From positions 48,670,001 through 48,734,000 of the forward strand of contig OZ024745.1 of assembly GCA_964016885.1 (NCBI GenBank): a stretch of DNA of 64,000 bases. Reading direction: 5' to 3'. Of this stretch, positions 13,171-64,000 are shown one piece after another. The notes below the pieces were generated by a model. It ran no database searches and had not been told where the DNA came from. It saw only the letters and a program-made list of their open reading frames with translations. A program made the position numbers and the translations under genes. Source of the DNA: Eledone cirrhosa. Lineage: Eukaryota. Numbering within the stretch: position 1 is the first letter of the stretch; every line of letters starts with the position of its first letter.

Positions 13171-14275
13171 ATGCCTTTAAAATTGCAAGTAAGCTAGTGG
13201 GCTGACTAGGCATGAAGACAATTCATCCGGTGATGCCAGGAGACAGACAGTTCGAATGTCATATCTGTGAACGTGCTTGCAGAACAGAAACTTGGCACCT
13301 GCCTTAACATGATAGTCAATGAAAGGGTAGTACTCTACTGACAAGAAAGTGCAATCAACACACACACACGTATATATATATATATATATATATGAACAAA
13401 AATACTAACTTTCCCTGACATCAAAGCAGTTTGACAGATATTTGTTACAGTTATCAACACATGCTCAACCCACCACGGCTCGTGAATAGAAACAGAAATA
13501 GCCGCCCAAGAGAGAGAAAGCCCTTGTTAGGAAAATAACAAGATTAAAAAAGTCAGTCAGTTAAAACACTGTCGACAACAGTCCCCACTTTTTGTTCCAC
13601 AGCAATAATAAACCCCAAATATAAAAAAAATTCATTTCCAGAAAAGCATTCGGATTATCAATCAAAAGCTAGCTTAGGAACACTAGACCATTGATATAAT
13701 TAGACACAACCCTATTAATTTACCAAAAATAGGCCGCTGTTTCATCCGTCGGTGCATTGTTAATTAATGAAAATACTGTCCACAAGAAAACCCCATATAA
13801 GGGTATTCTACAACAGCGATATTGTTCCGTTTTCAGCAGACAGTGTTTCATCATCACAGCTTCATCCCACACAAGATATCTTGGAAAACCTTATTACACG
13901 TTAAACTATTTTAACGTTGTAAGAAAACCCATGCCAGCTTTGTCTCAAACACTCTTATGAAATCCTATTTTCCGAACAAAAATGACTAAATAAATATTCT
14001 CAACTGGTATCGTTTTTGCAGACATGGGGCGTATAGCACACTGAAATAACACGAAGCCCTTATATCAATTCGAATTTGTATCGTCACCTGAAAATTGGTT
14101 GTATTATATTCTTCTTATATACTTAGTTATATTTATATAAACTCAGAATGTGTGTATTTGAATACCTTTTACGCACGATATCAAAAATAGCTTCAATATT
14201 TTTAGGCGATCGTCATTGACTGATATATCTGCATATTTTTACATATTAATGTTTTTCTTTCTCCCCATGTACAAA

Positions 14276-14756
14276 TATATATATATATGTGTGTGTGTTT
14301 CATGTGTATATATATATATATAAATGTGTGTGTTTCGTGTGTATATATATAGGTATATATAAATGTGTGTGTCACGTGTGTATATATATATATATAAATG
14401 TGTGTGTTTCGTGTGTATATATATAGGTATATATAAATGTGTGTGTATATATATATATATATATATGGAGGGTGGTATATAGTTGGGTACGTGAGGTTAG
14501 GTGTATGAAACTTTACAATAGAGTCAGCTGCAAGCATAACATGACGTAGTTGGATCTGTTAAACAGTGACATTCAACGCTTGAAGCTTTTGTTATTGTAA
14601 GACTTCAGCTGTGCATCTTGGCTTGTGGCTCATTCATTTTCTGTGTAAAAATAACTTCTAATATCTACCAGCAGTGAATGTCTACGTTTATATGTGGACT
14701 TTAGTACTATTTTGTTAAAATTCTAGATTGTATATATATATGTATATGTAAGTATA

Positions 14757-14834
<78 letters not shown>

Positions 14835-14922
14835 AACGAGTAGGACCCCGACTCTACTACCCTAAGTATTGAGTACTTTGGTGCGTTATGGTCCACCTGG
14901 TTCCTTACCACATTTCCTTCGT

Positions 14923-14957
<35 letters not shown>

Positions 14958-15440
14958 GTGTATGTATATGTATTTATGTATGTATGTATGTATATGTATA
15001 TATATGGCCATACTCGATAACGAGGGGGCAGCCATCATATATGTATGTATGTATATATGTGTATGTATGCATATGTGTATACATATGTATATGTATATAT
15101 GCATTTGTATGTATATGTGTATATGTATATATGTGTATGTATATGTGTTTATGTATATATATATGTGTATGTATGTATATGTATGTATGTATATATATGT
15201 ATATGTATGTATATATGTGTATGTATGTATATATGTGTATGTATGTGTATATGTGTATGTATGCATATGTGTATACATATCTATATGTGTATACATATGT
15301 ATATGTATATATCCATATGTATGTATATGTATATATGTGTATATATATGTGTATATATATATATGTATATATGTATTTATATATGTGTATATATATATGT
15401 ATATATGTATTTATATATGTGTATATATATATATATATAT
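14276..15440. repeat. Compound (TA)n/(TG)n/(TATG)n microsatellite field with short unique islands
   Basis: Tracts at 14276-14466, 14729-14832 and 14923-15440. Confidence 0.95.
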
Positions 15441-16286
15441 GGGAAATGGCCATGTTCGATATGCAGAAAAGGAACTGGCATAAATTCTATAAAATGCACA
15501 CAATGTAGGTCCTGGGTACACAAGAGATGTAGCGGGATAGCAGGCAAACTAACAGGTAGGGAGAAATATGTATGCAGTAGATGTACAGGGAAATTAGACA
15601 GTAGAAGTCGCACAGATAGACACATTTTTCAAATGCGAGAGGGCGCTATAGAAGTGGTGGATAGCTTCCGGTACCTAGGAGATCAGATTAGCATGGGAGG
15701 AGGGTGTTCCGAGGCCATAGTATCTAGAATAAGGACGGGTTGGAAGAAGTTTAGGGAGCTGCTTCCTCTGTTGACGAAGAAGGGTTTCTCCCTGCGTACG
15801 AAAGGCCGGTTGTATGATGCCTGTGTGAGGAGCGCGATGCTGCATGGTAGTGAGACATGGGCAGCTACCGCAGAAGATATGCGACGGCTGGAGAGAAATG
15901 AGGCAAGCATGCTCCGTTGGATGTGCAGTGTAAATGTGCGTGAACGACCCAGCATAAATGTGTTGAGAGAGAAACTGTGTCTGAGAGGGATAGAATGTAG
16001 TGTACGGGAGAGGAGACTGAGGTGGTATGGACATGTGATGCGCATGGAGGATGACCGATGGGTGAAGAAGTGCCAGGAAATGCCAGTTGAAGGAAGACGT
16101 GGTAGAGGTAGACCACGAAAAACATGGGCGGAGGTGGTGAGAACAGACCTCAGATCATTGAAGCTCACGGTGGAGATGACGAGGGACCGTGACGAGTGGA
16201 GAGATGCTGTGCTGAATAAGACCCGCCCCACCCTTGCAAGCAGGGAAAAGCGGACGTAAAATGATGATGATGATGATGATGATGAT
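15441..16286 (+). mobile_element. 5'-truncated RTE LINE (family B2), open frame to 16259, (GAT)n tail
   Basis: [11 protein letters not shown] finger, VDSFRYLG, AMLHGSETW, RRLRWYGHV, RGRGRPRKTW; (GAT)n tail at 16261-16286; (TA)n on both sides. Confidence 0.93.
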
Positions 16287-16646
16287 ATATATATATATGC
16301 ATATATTTTCAATTATTATTTTACATGTTTTTAATATGTCTCAATCTGTTGGACCCTTCCTAAAAACTAACCTTCTAGTATTGTTATTAAATAATTATTC
16401 TAGAACCTTCCTGCATCTCGCTCCCTAACTTTGTAAACACTTTGCTCCTTCTCTCATACCCCCCCTCCCCTGATCGCAAGTATAAAATAAATCTTGCTTA
16501 CGGGCGATCTGTCGAATTTGAGAATGTAAGCAATACTTGTCTTTTCTTCTATCCGTAGTCTTCTCAATAAACAGTGTTTTAAACTCTTATTTATGACAGT
16601 CTAAAATTCAAATTCTCCGTTTTCCTCTGATTTTCAATTATTATTT

Positions 16647-17025
16647 GTGGATTGGCAGTATCGGTAGAGGGTCGGAAGCCATGCTTTCCAGCATAGTTAC
16701 GTCCCTTTACGATTTGAGTTCAAATCCCGCCGAGGTTGACTTTGCCTTTCATCTTTACGGGGTCGATAAAATAAAGTACCAGTAATGCACTGGGTAATTG
16801 CTGGCCTTGTGCCTAAAGTAGAAACAATTATTTTACATGTTTTTGGTGGATTGGCAGTATTGGTAGAGGGTCGGACGCCATGCTTTCCAGCATAGTTACG
16901 TCCCTTTACGATCTGAGTTCAAATCCCGCCGAGGTTGACTTTGCCTTTCATCCTTACGGGGTCGATAAAATAAAGTACCAGTAATGCACTGGGTAATTGC
17001 TGGCCTTGTGCCTAAAGTAGAAACA
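16647..17025 (+). mobile_element. Head-to-tail pair of SINE family A copies
   Basis: Copies at 16647-16826 and 16845-17025, separated by and followed by attattttacatgttttt. Confidence 0.9.
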
Positions 17026-17087
17026 ATTATTTTACATGTTTTTAATATGTCTCAATCTGTTAGACCCTTCCTAAAAACTAACCTTCT

Positions 17088-20000
17088 CCTAAAGTTACCC
17101 ATTTCCCGCCCGCCCCTACTCACCACCATTGCTATATGGTCCAATCATAACTCAGCGGCTTTAGTAAGTTCTCTAACAAATCAGTGTAGCAAAGCTACCA
17201 CCTCGGTTACTACTCCTTAAGTTTAGACCTGTTTGATGGGTTGACTGCGGAAATTTGAAAAGTCTAAGCACTCAATGACAATGCCACAGATAAAGATAAA
17301 TTCACCTCCCGCTGCAAGACGAAAATACAAGGATACCTCTTTATTTCAGACACAGATGACCAACAAAATTCCGTCTCCTACACCCCTCCCTGCCCCTCCA
17401 ACCCATCCATCCCACCCTCCCAACTTCAGAGTTGGTACCATGAACGTAGGCACATTGAAAGGTCGCTCAAATGAGGTTGTAGAGATGCTTGAACGTAAAG
17501 AAGTTGATGTTTGTTGTATTCAAGAGACTAGGTGGAGAGGTGGGTCTCCCAGATTCATCGTGGGTAAAAAACGATGCTATAAACTTTTCTGGGTGGGAAA
17601 CGACAACGGACTGGGTGGAGTAGGAATTATGTTAGCTGAAAAATGGGTAGATAAGGTAATCGACGTAAATAGAGTAAATGACAGAATAATTAAAATAAGG
17701 CTAGTTCTAAATAAAACTACTGTGACAATAATATCTGCTTATGCACCCCAATCTGGTCTACTTGACGTTATAAAGGACAGGTTCTATGAGACGCTACTGC
17801 ACACTACCTCCCAAATAACTGACAGCAACTACCTAAAACGGCCACGTTGGACAACATAGTGATGACTATGATGAAATCCATGGAGGCTATGGGGTTGGAA
17901 AGAGAAATGAGGAAGGCTTCAGAATCCTGGAATTCTGTGACTCCAATAACCTAACTATATGTAACACAAACTTAAAAAAACGTGAAAACCACTTGATCAC
18001 CTATAGATCAGGGAAACACGCCAGCCAGATAGATTATATCCTTACTAGAAGACGGGACAAAGTGTTTGTTGTAAACACTAAATCCCTCCCCCGTGAAGAA
18101 TGCACCTCCCAACATAGCCTAGTAGTTAGTGACCTCATAGTCAGAAATAGACGTACTCGACGACAGAGGAGGCCTACCTTGAGGAGAAGAATATGGAAGT
18201 TGAAGGACCCCATAGCGAGTGACAAATTTAAAAGCTTATTACTTGATGCCTTTGACAATAAGGAAGAGCAATTAGAGACGTGCGATATAGAGGAACAGTG
18301 GCAATTCTTGAAAGTGAACCTGCTGAAAGCCACGGATGAAATCTGCGGCTGGAGCAGACCTATTGGCAGGAGGAGAGTAACTTGGTGGTGGAACAGTAAG
18401 GTAGAAGAGACAATCAAGGCCAAAAATCAGGCTTGGAAAGTATGGCAGGATGGGGGAAGTAGAGAGCACTATCAAGTGGCCAGGAGAAAAGCTAGGAGAC
18501 AAGTGTACCTTGCAAAAAGGGAAGCAGAGGATAGAAAGTTCAAGCATGTTCTACAACGTGAGGACCAAAAACGCGAGGTGTTCAGGATTGCTAGACAATA
18601 TGTCAAGGAAAACCGTGATATTGTCGGGGAGAAGTGTGTCCGTAATGATAACGGTGTACTTGCCCTCACTGATGCTGATAAGTAGATAGCCTGGAAGTGT
18701 CACTACGAGAGACTATTAAATGAGGAGAATAAGTGGGAAAAAGATAGTCTGCCCCAAATCGATCCAATGGAAGGACCAGCGGTGCAAGTTAAAGGTAGTA
18801 TAATAAGTAAGGCAATCAAAGATATGAAGACAGGCAAGGCAGCTGGGCCTTCGGCGATAGTTGCTGAGATGTTGAAGGCATCTGGAATGGTGGGACATAC
18901 TATGGTCACCCGTATATTTAAGCAGGTAATACAGAATGGCGTCATACCAAAAGACTGGCGTAGCAGCAGCATCATTAACTGCTACGAGGGTAAAGGAGAT
19001 GCTCTAGATAGAGGAAACTATAGAGGCATTAAGTTAGTTGACCAGGTCATGAAGGTCACAGAAAGAGTTATAGCGCAACTAATCAGAGAGTGAATTGATC
19101 TAGATGAAATGCAGTTTGGGTTTGTGTCAGGTAAAAATATCACATACGCTCTTTTCCTTGTACGACAACTACAAGAGAAGTACCTAGCTAAAAGTAAACC
19201 CCTCTACTTAGCTTTTGTAGACCTGGAAAAAGCCTTTGACAAAGTCCCCCGCTCCATTATCTGGTGGGCTCTTAGAAAACTAGGTGTAGATGAATGGCTT
19301 GTGAGAGCTATACAAGCTATGTATAATGAAACAGTCAGTAAGGTTAGAATTAACAATGAATATTGTGAAGAATTTAGTGTTAAAGTTGGTGTTCACCAAG
19401 GCTCTGTCCTTAGCCCCCTCCTATTTATTATTGCCCTTCAGGCTATAACAGAGGAGTTCAATACCGGCTGCTCATGGGAACTTCTATACGCAGATGATCT
19501 AACGCTCATAGCTGAATCAATGACTGAACTAGACAAAAAGTTCCAAACATGGAAGCATGGCCTAGAATCAAAAGGCCTTAAAGTTAACTTGTCTAAGACT
19601 AAAGTCATAGTTTGTAGAAAGGAAAATAAGGCACAGGTACCCTCAGGGAAATGGCCTTGCTCAGTGTGTGGGAAAGGAGTAGGCAGAAATTCAATTTTAT
19701 GTCCCAAATGCAAAGTATGGGTACATAAAAAATGTACTGCGATCACAGGTAAACTATCTAAGAACGTAGACTTTATATGTGGCCGATGTTCAGGTGCAAT
19801 AAGTAGCAAGTGTCCACAGGATACTAGCCTCTTCTATTGCCCAGATGGTTCTATAGAAATAGTAGACACTTTCCGTTACCTGGGTGACGAAATCAGCAGT
19901 GGTGGAGGGTGTTCTGGAAGTACAGTAGCCAGAGTCAGAACGGGATGGAAAAAGTTCAGAGAGCTTATACCACCGTTGGCCACAAAAGGTTCCTCTCTAA

Positions 20001-20860
20001 AAATGAAAGGCAGATTGTATGATGCTTGTATACGAACAGCAATGCTATATGGCAGTGAGACATGGGCATTGCGTGCAGAGGACCTGCGTAGACTGGAAAG
20101 GAACGAAGCATGCATGCTCCGTTGGATGTGTAATAGTAATATACGTGAACGGCAAAGCATAAATGAACTAAGTGAGAAATTAGGAATAAGAAGGATCAGA
20201 TGCTGTTTACTCGAGAGAAGACTACGTTGGTATGGTCACGTGATACGCATGAAAGACGACAGCTGTATAAAAAAGTGCAGGGCGATCAAAATTGATGGTA
20301 GTTACGGAGTAGGTAGACCCAGAAAAACCTGGGACGATTTGATAAATTCCAACCTTACACGCACCTCTCTAAGACAATGTCACTGGACCGAGATCTTTGG
20401 TGCTACGCAGTAATAGAGAAGACCCGCCTTGCCTATGGACAAAGCGAAACCTACAGTCAGTAGGCACCTCTTAACCAAATATACACCCCAATCCACTACC
20501 CCTACCCTATCCTCCCACTCCCACCAACACCACCCTCTCTCTAAAAAGTTGGTACCACAACATCCAGTCCAAATAAATGAGATAAATGAGATCGAGATCG
20601 TGTAGGTATCACGAGAAAAAAACACACAGTCCACGCTGTAATGTGGCCGTGTAGGTAACACGGTAAAAAGTTCCCAGTTCCACACTGTAAAAATGGTTGG
20701 TGTTAGGAAGGGCATCCAGCCGTAGAAAACCTGCCAGATAGTCCTATATGAGCGAGACACGGTCACCCGACCAACCTTGCCTCAAGTGGGACAACTCCCG
20801 TCTAACCCATGCTAGCATGGAAAATGGACGTTAAACGAAGATGATGATGATGATGATGAT
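17088..20860 (+). mobile_element. Near full-length RTE LINE (family B1): APE endonuclease, RT with internal PHD finger; disabled
   Basis: Endonuclease motifs GTMNV, CIQETRW, SAYAPQ, SQIDYIL and SQHSLV. RT motifs NYRGIKL, QFGF, FVDLEKAFD, GVHQGSVLSP and LLYADDL. Frameshift or deletion near 17835, in-frame stops at 18683 and 19091, frameshift near 20350. About 400-bp 3' UTR and a (GAT)n tail. Confidence 0.95.
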
Positions 20861-21116
20861 ATGTGTATATATATATATATATATGTGTGTGTATATATAT
20901 ATATGTGTGTGTGTGTATATGTATATATGTGTGTGTGTGTATATATGTATATATGTGTGTGTGTGTGTGTATATGTATATGTATGTGTGTGTATATATGT
21001 ATATATATGTGTGTGTGTGTATATATGTATATATATATGTGTGTGTATATATATGTATATATATGTGTATATATGTATATGTATATATATATGTATGTGT
21101 GTATATATATATATGC

Positions 21117-21195
<79 letters not shown>

Positions 21196-21225
21196 CACAT
21201 ATATATATATACATATATAAATATA
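20861..21225. repeat. (TA)n/(TG)n compound microsatellite
   Basis: Direct reading. Confidence 0.95.
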
Positions 21226-21499
21226 CATACGATATTAACAAATGGAAACTATATTTATAAAACCATATTTATTTCATTATACATATTTCAAGGACACCAA
21301 GTTAAATTATGGTGTGCTTTCATCAGATAAAATATATAGATCAGTTTTATAAATAAATATTGACATACCCTTAAAGAATGCGACCATTACTGTTGGAAGC
21401 TCCCGGATAGTGGGGTTATAAATTTATTTATACTATTATGTAAATTAGTATTGGATATTTTTAAATCAGAGTAGATTTAAATAAGCCGTTGGGTTACGG

Positions 21500-21640
21500 A
21501 GAAAAAGAGAGAGAGAGAGAGAGAGAGAGAAGAACAAGGGAGAGAAAAAAGAGAGAGATATAAAAAAGAAAAAAGAGCAAACCTTTAAGAAGAAAATAAG
21601 AAAAAAGAGAGAGAGAAAAGAAGAAGAGAAGAGAAAGCGA
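21500..21640. repeat. (GA)n / polypurine tract
   Basis: Direct reading. Confidence 0.85.
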
Positions 21641-23595
21641 AAGCTCTAAGTGATAGGTTGTTGAGTTATCTTAACATTTGAGATGAAGTGAAAGAATAAA
21701 TATTTATTTAATGGATGAATAGAGAAATGTAAATAAACGTGAATGGAAAATACATACATAATAGGAGAATTTTAACCATTGTTTAAATGTGATTAAATGT
21801 TTAGTTTATCATTTAAATTATTGAGATCTATACATTAAAAATTGAGATCTTTATACTATTAAGAAATCTATATATTATTAAGACTATATATTATTAAAAA
21901 ATCTATATATTATTAAAAGAATATATTCATATATATAGATACGCACACACAGATATATATACATATAAATATATATACATACAAATATATATACACATAC
22001 ATCTACATACATATACATATACATACAAAGTATAAAGGATTTTTTAAATTTAAGATATAGGAATTTTCATAAGCTTACAGATTTTTCTGAGAAAATCTTA
22101 GAAAAAACAGAGAAAATCATTTTTATGTAATATCAAAACAGTGTGAAGGAAATTACGTTATTTAGTTATATAAATGTTACAAATGTTAAGATATTAAAGG
22201 AAATTTTAGGTTATACACACTTTATGTTATTATACAAATTTTTTTTATATATAAGTTTTATATTTAATAAATCCACCTGTTATGTATTTGTGACTATTAT
22301 TATATAGGTTTTTTTATCACGAACCTTAGGAAAATCCTTACAAACGAGTGCAATCGAATTGTATGCATATATATATATATATACACACAATCCTCACATA
22401 TATACACATAGACGTACCTACACATATAGGTAGATATGCATCACACATATATATATACATACATACACACATAAATATATATATACATACATATATATAG
22501 ATATATATACACACATACATATAGAGAGATATATTTTATTTGTCTATGAGTAGATGGGACACTTTTTTCTAGCTCTAAACAAAAAACTAAAAAAACAACT
22601 AAAATACAGCAGGAAAAACCAGCATGCAATTTATTTACTGGACCTACAAATTCTCAATTCAGAGTGTATGATGCACTGTAAATGTCATAGGTAAAATGGA
22701 GTTGCAGGTTATGTACCAGTGTGACTTATAGAAGAGTATATATGGTAAATAATATCACAGATGTATTGCACGCATGCACGCACACAAAGAAAGAAGAAGA
22801 AAAGAACATGGGGGTGTGTCACACATTTTATATCATTCTTTTATTAGATTACTGTTTCAATAACCCATTTTTAATATATGCAGGCTAGATTAGATTTCAG
22901 CTCCTAAACATCTGCAACACAAATGCACCTATCTAGATGCACCTTGCTGGCTATATTTGACTATCTAAAGAGTTAGCTACTTACCTGCCTAGTTAACTAC
23001 AATTCACCTCTCTCTTTTCTTCTTTCTTTGTGTGTGCATGTGAATGTAATACATTAATATGCCTATGATATTATTTACCATATATACCCATATATAAGTT
23101 ACCCTAGTAGATAACTTGCACCTCCATTTTACATACATTTGTAGTGTTTTTTTGTGTGTAGAAAAAAATGTGACTTGCACACAAATATATGCAGTACTCA
23201 TTCACTAATAAAATATATCTTTTAAGATTAATTTTATCTCAGTAGCTTTTAAAGTAATTATACTCTAATAAATACAAAATTAATTCTGTATTCTTCAAAA
23301 GATTAACTTTCATGGATATCTTTTGTTGTTGAGGTTCATTGTCTCTAGTATTAACCTCTCCATGCCCACATATTAGGCTGAACAGATGAGGTAAAAATAG
23401 CTAGGATTAAATCCCCTGACATGGAAATGGACTAATTCTCTTATTATCTCAAGTTTTTAATTATTATTATTTATTTTTTCTGCTGATATAACTTTCCATT
23501 GTGCTTGTCAAAACCATTATTTGTATTTTTTATTATTATCAATAGAAATCAATATCTATTATTGTATAACATTGTTTTTACTCTGAATATTTTAG

Positions 23596-63354
<39,759 letters not shown>

Positions 63355-63627
63355 GTAAGTAAAATCATAATTGAAATGTTGAATATTTTTATACCTATGA
63401 TGCTGATGATGCCCAGTCACCAATTTTGACCATTGACTTGCATTCTCAACAATTTATTCTCTGCTTTGTCTGTTTATACACTATAATTTGGTGTAATTTT
63501 GTGGTTGAAATAAATAAAATGAATTAAAAGTTGAAATGTATTTTTCTACATTTTGTTGATATATCTAGATTATTGGTCTCCTTTTAAAGAAATAAGCTTA
63601 CCTATTTCATGGGGTTTTCTATAGTGT

Positions 63628-63930
63628 TTGGCTTAGTGGGTCGGGTTTTCAGCTCACAGTTACAAACTTGTAAGTTCGGTTCCCAGTGGAGCAATTGTGT
63701 TCTTGAGCAAGACACTTTATTTCACATTGCTCCAGTCTAACCAGCTGGCAAAAATGAGTTGTGCTTGTAATTCAAAGAGTCAACCTTGTCTGACAATATG
63801 TCATGCTGAAACTTCATGGGGACTACACTAAGGGTGAACGTATCTGTGGAATGCTCAGTAACTAGCACACTAATTTCATGAGCATGCTGTCCCATTGTTT
63901 GAAAAACTAGAATAGTTGTTGTTGGAATCA
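63628..63930 (+). mobile_element. tRNA-headed SINE (family D)
   Basis: A-box-like tggcttagtgg, B-box-like gttcggttccc, then gtgttcttgagcaagacactttatttcacattgctccagt core. Confidence 0.7.
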
Positions 63931-64000
63931 ATGGAAGTTCAACAATAAAGAGAGAGAGAGTAAGCCCTTGTTACTCTGGAGTTACATCTGCACTCACACA

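Noticed and set aside
14202-15508. Long Y/I/M/C/V/H/T-rich ORFs (also at 20802-21330, 22338-22629 and 60609-61062)
   Set aside because: Translations of TA/TG/CA microsatellites, which lack stop codons; only 15441-16259 is real (RTE) coding sequence.
17088-17275. HDV-like ribozyme in the RTE 5' UTR
   Set aside because: Such ribozymes are known in some RTE elements, but I could not build the nested double pseudoknot by eye; it needs a motif search.
19091-19093. In-frame TGA as selenocysteine or programmed readthrough
   Set aside because: The same copy also has a TAG and two frameshifts, so ordinary decay is the simpler explanation.

Overview
AT-rich, repeat-dense animal genomic DNA. The (TA)n/(GAT)n tracts, RTE LINEs and tRNA-derived SINE families look like those of octopus (inferred, not proven). 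From 23596 to 63354 there are 22 in-frame + strand GT-AG exons of a hemicentin-1-like gene: the end of the post-vWA region plus 18 tandem I-set Ig domains. The gene continues past the right edge, and its N-terminal exons were not found in the first 23.5 kb. The rest is mobile DNA: a near full-length RTE LINE with a PHD finger inside its RT domain, truncated RTE and CR1 LINEs, many SINEs (two same-site tandem re-insertions), a Merlin-like MITE, piggyBac-like MITEs, a hAT relic and minisatellites. There is also a young Penelope-like element with a 562-bp inverted pseudo-LTR. The most interesting signals are: (i) several (TA)n-anchored cassettes in the hemicentin introns that carry hammerhead-ribozyme motifs; (ii) the PHD-in-RT architecture; (iii) a sharp CpG-rich to CpG-depleted switch near 22 kb, recorded directly in two copies of the same LINE family. 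All calls were made by eye; no searches or folding programs were run.
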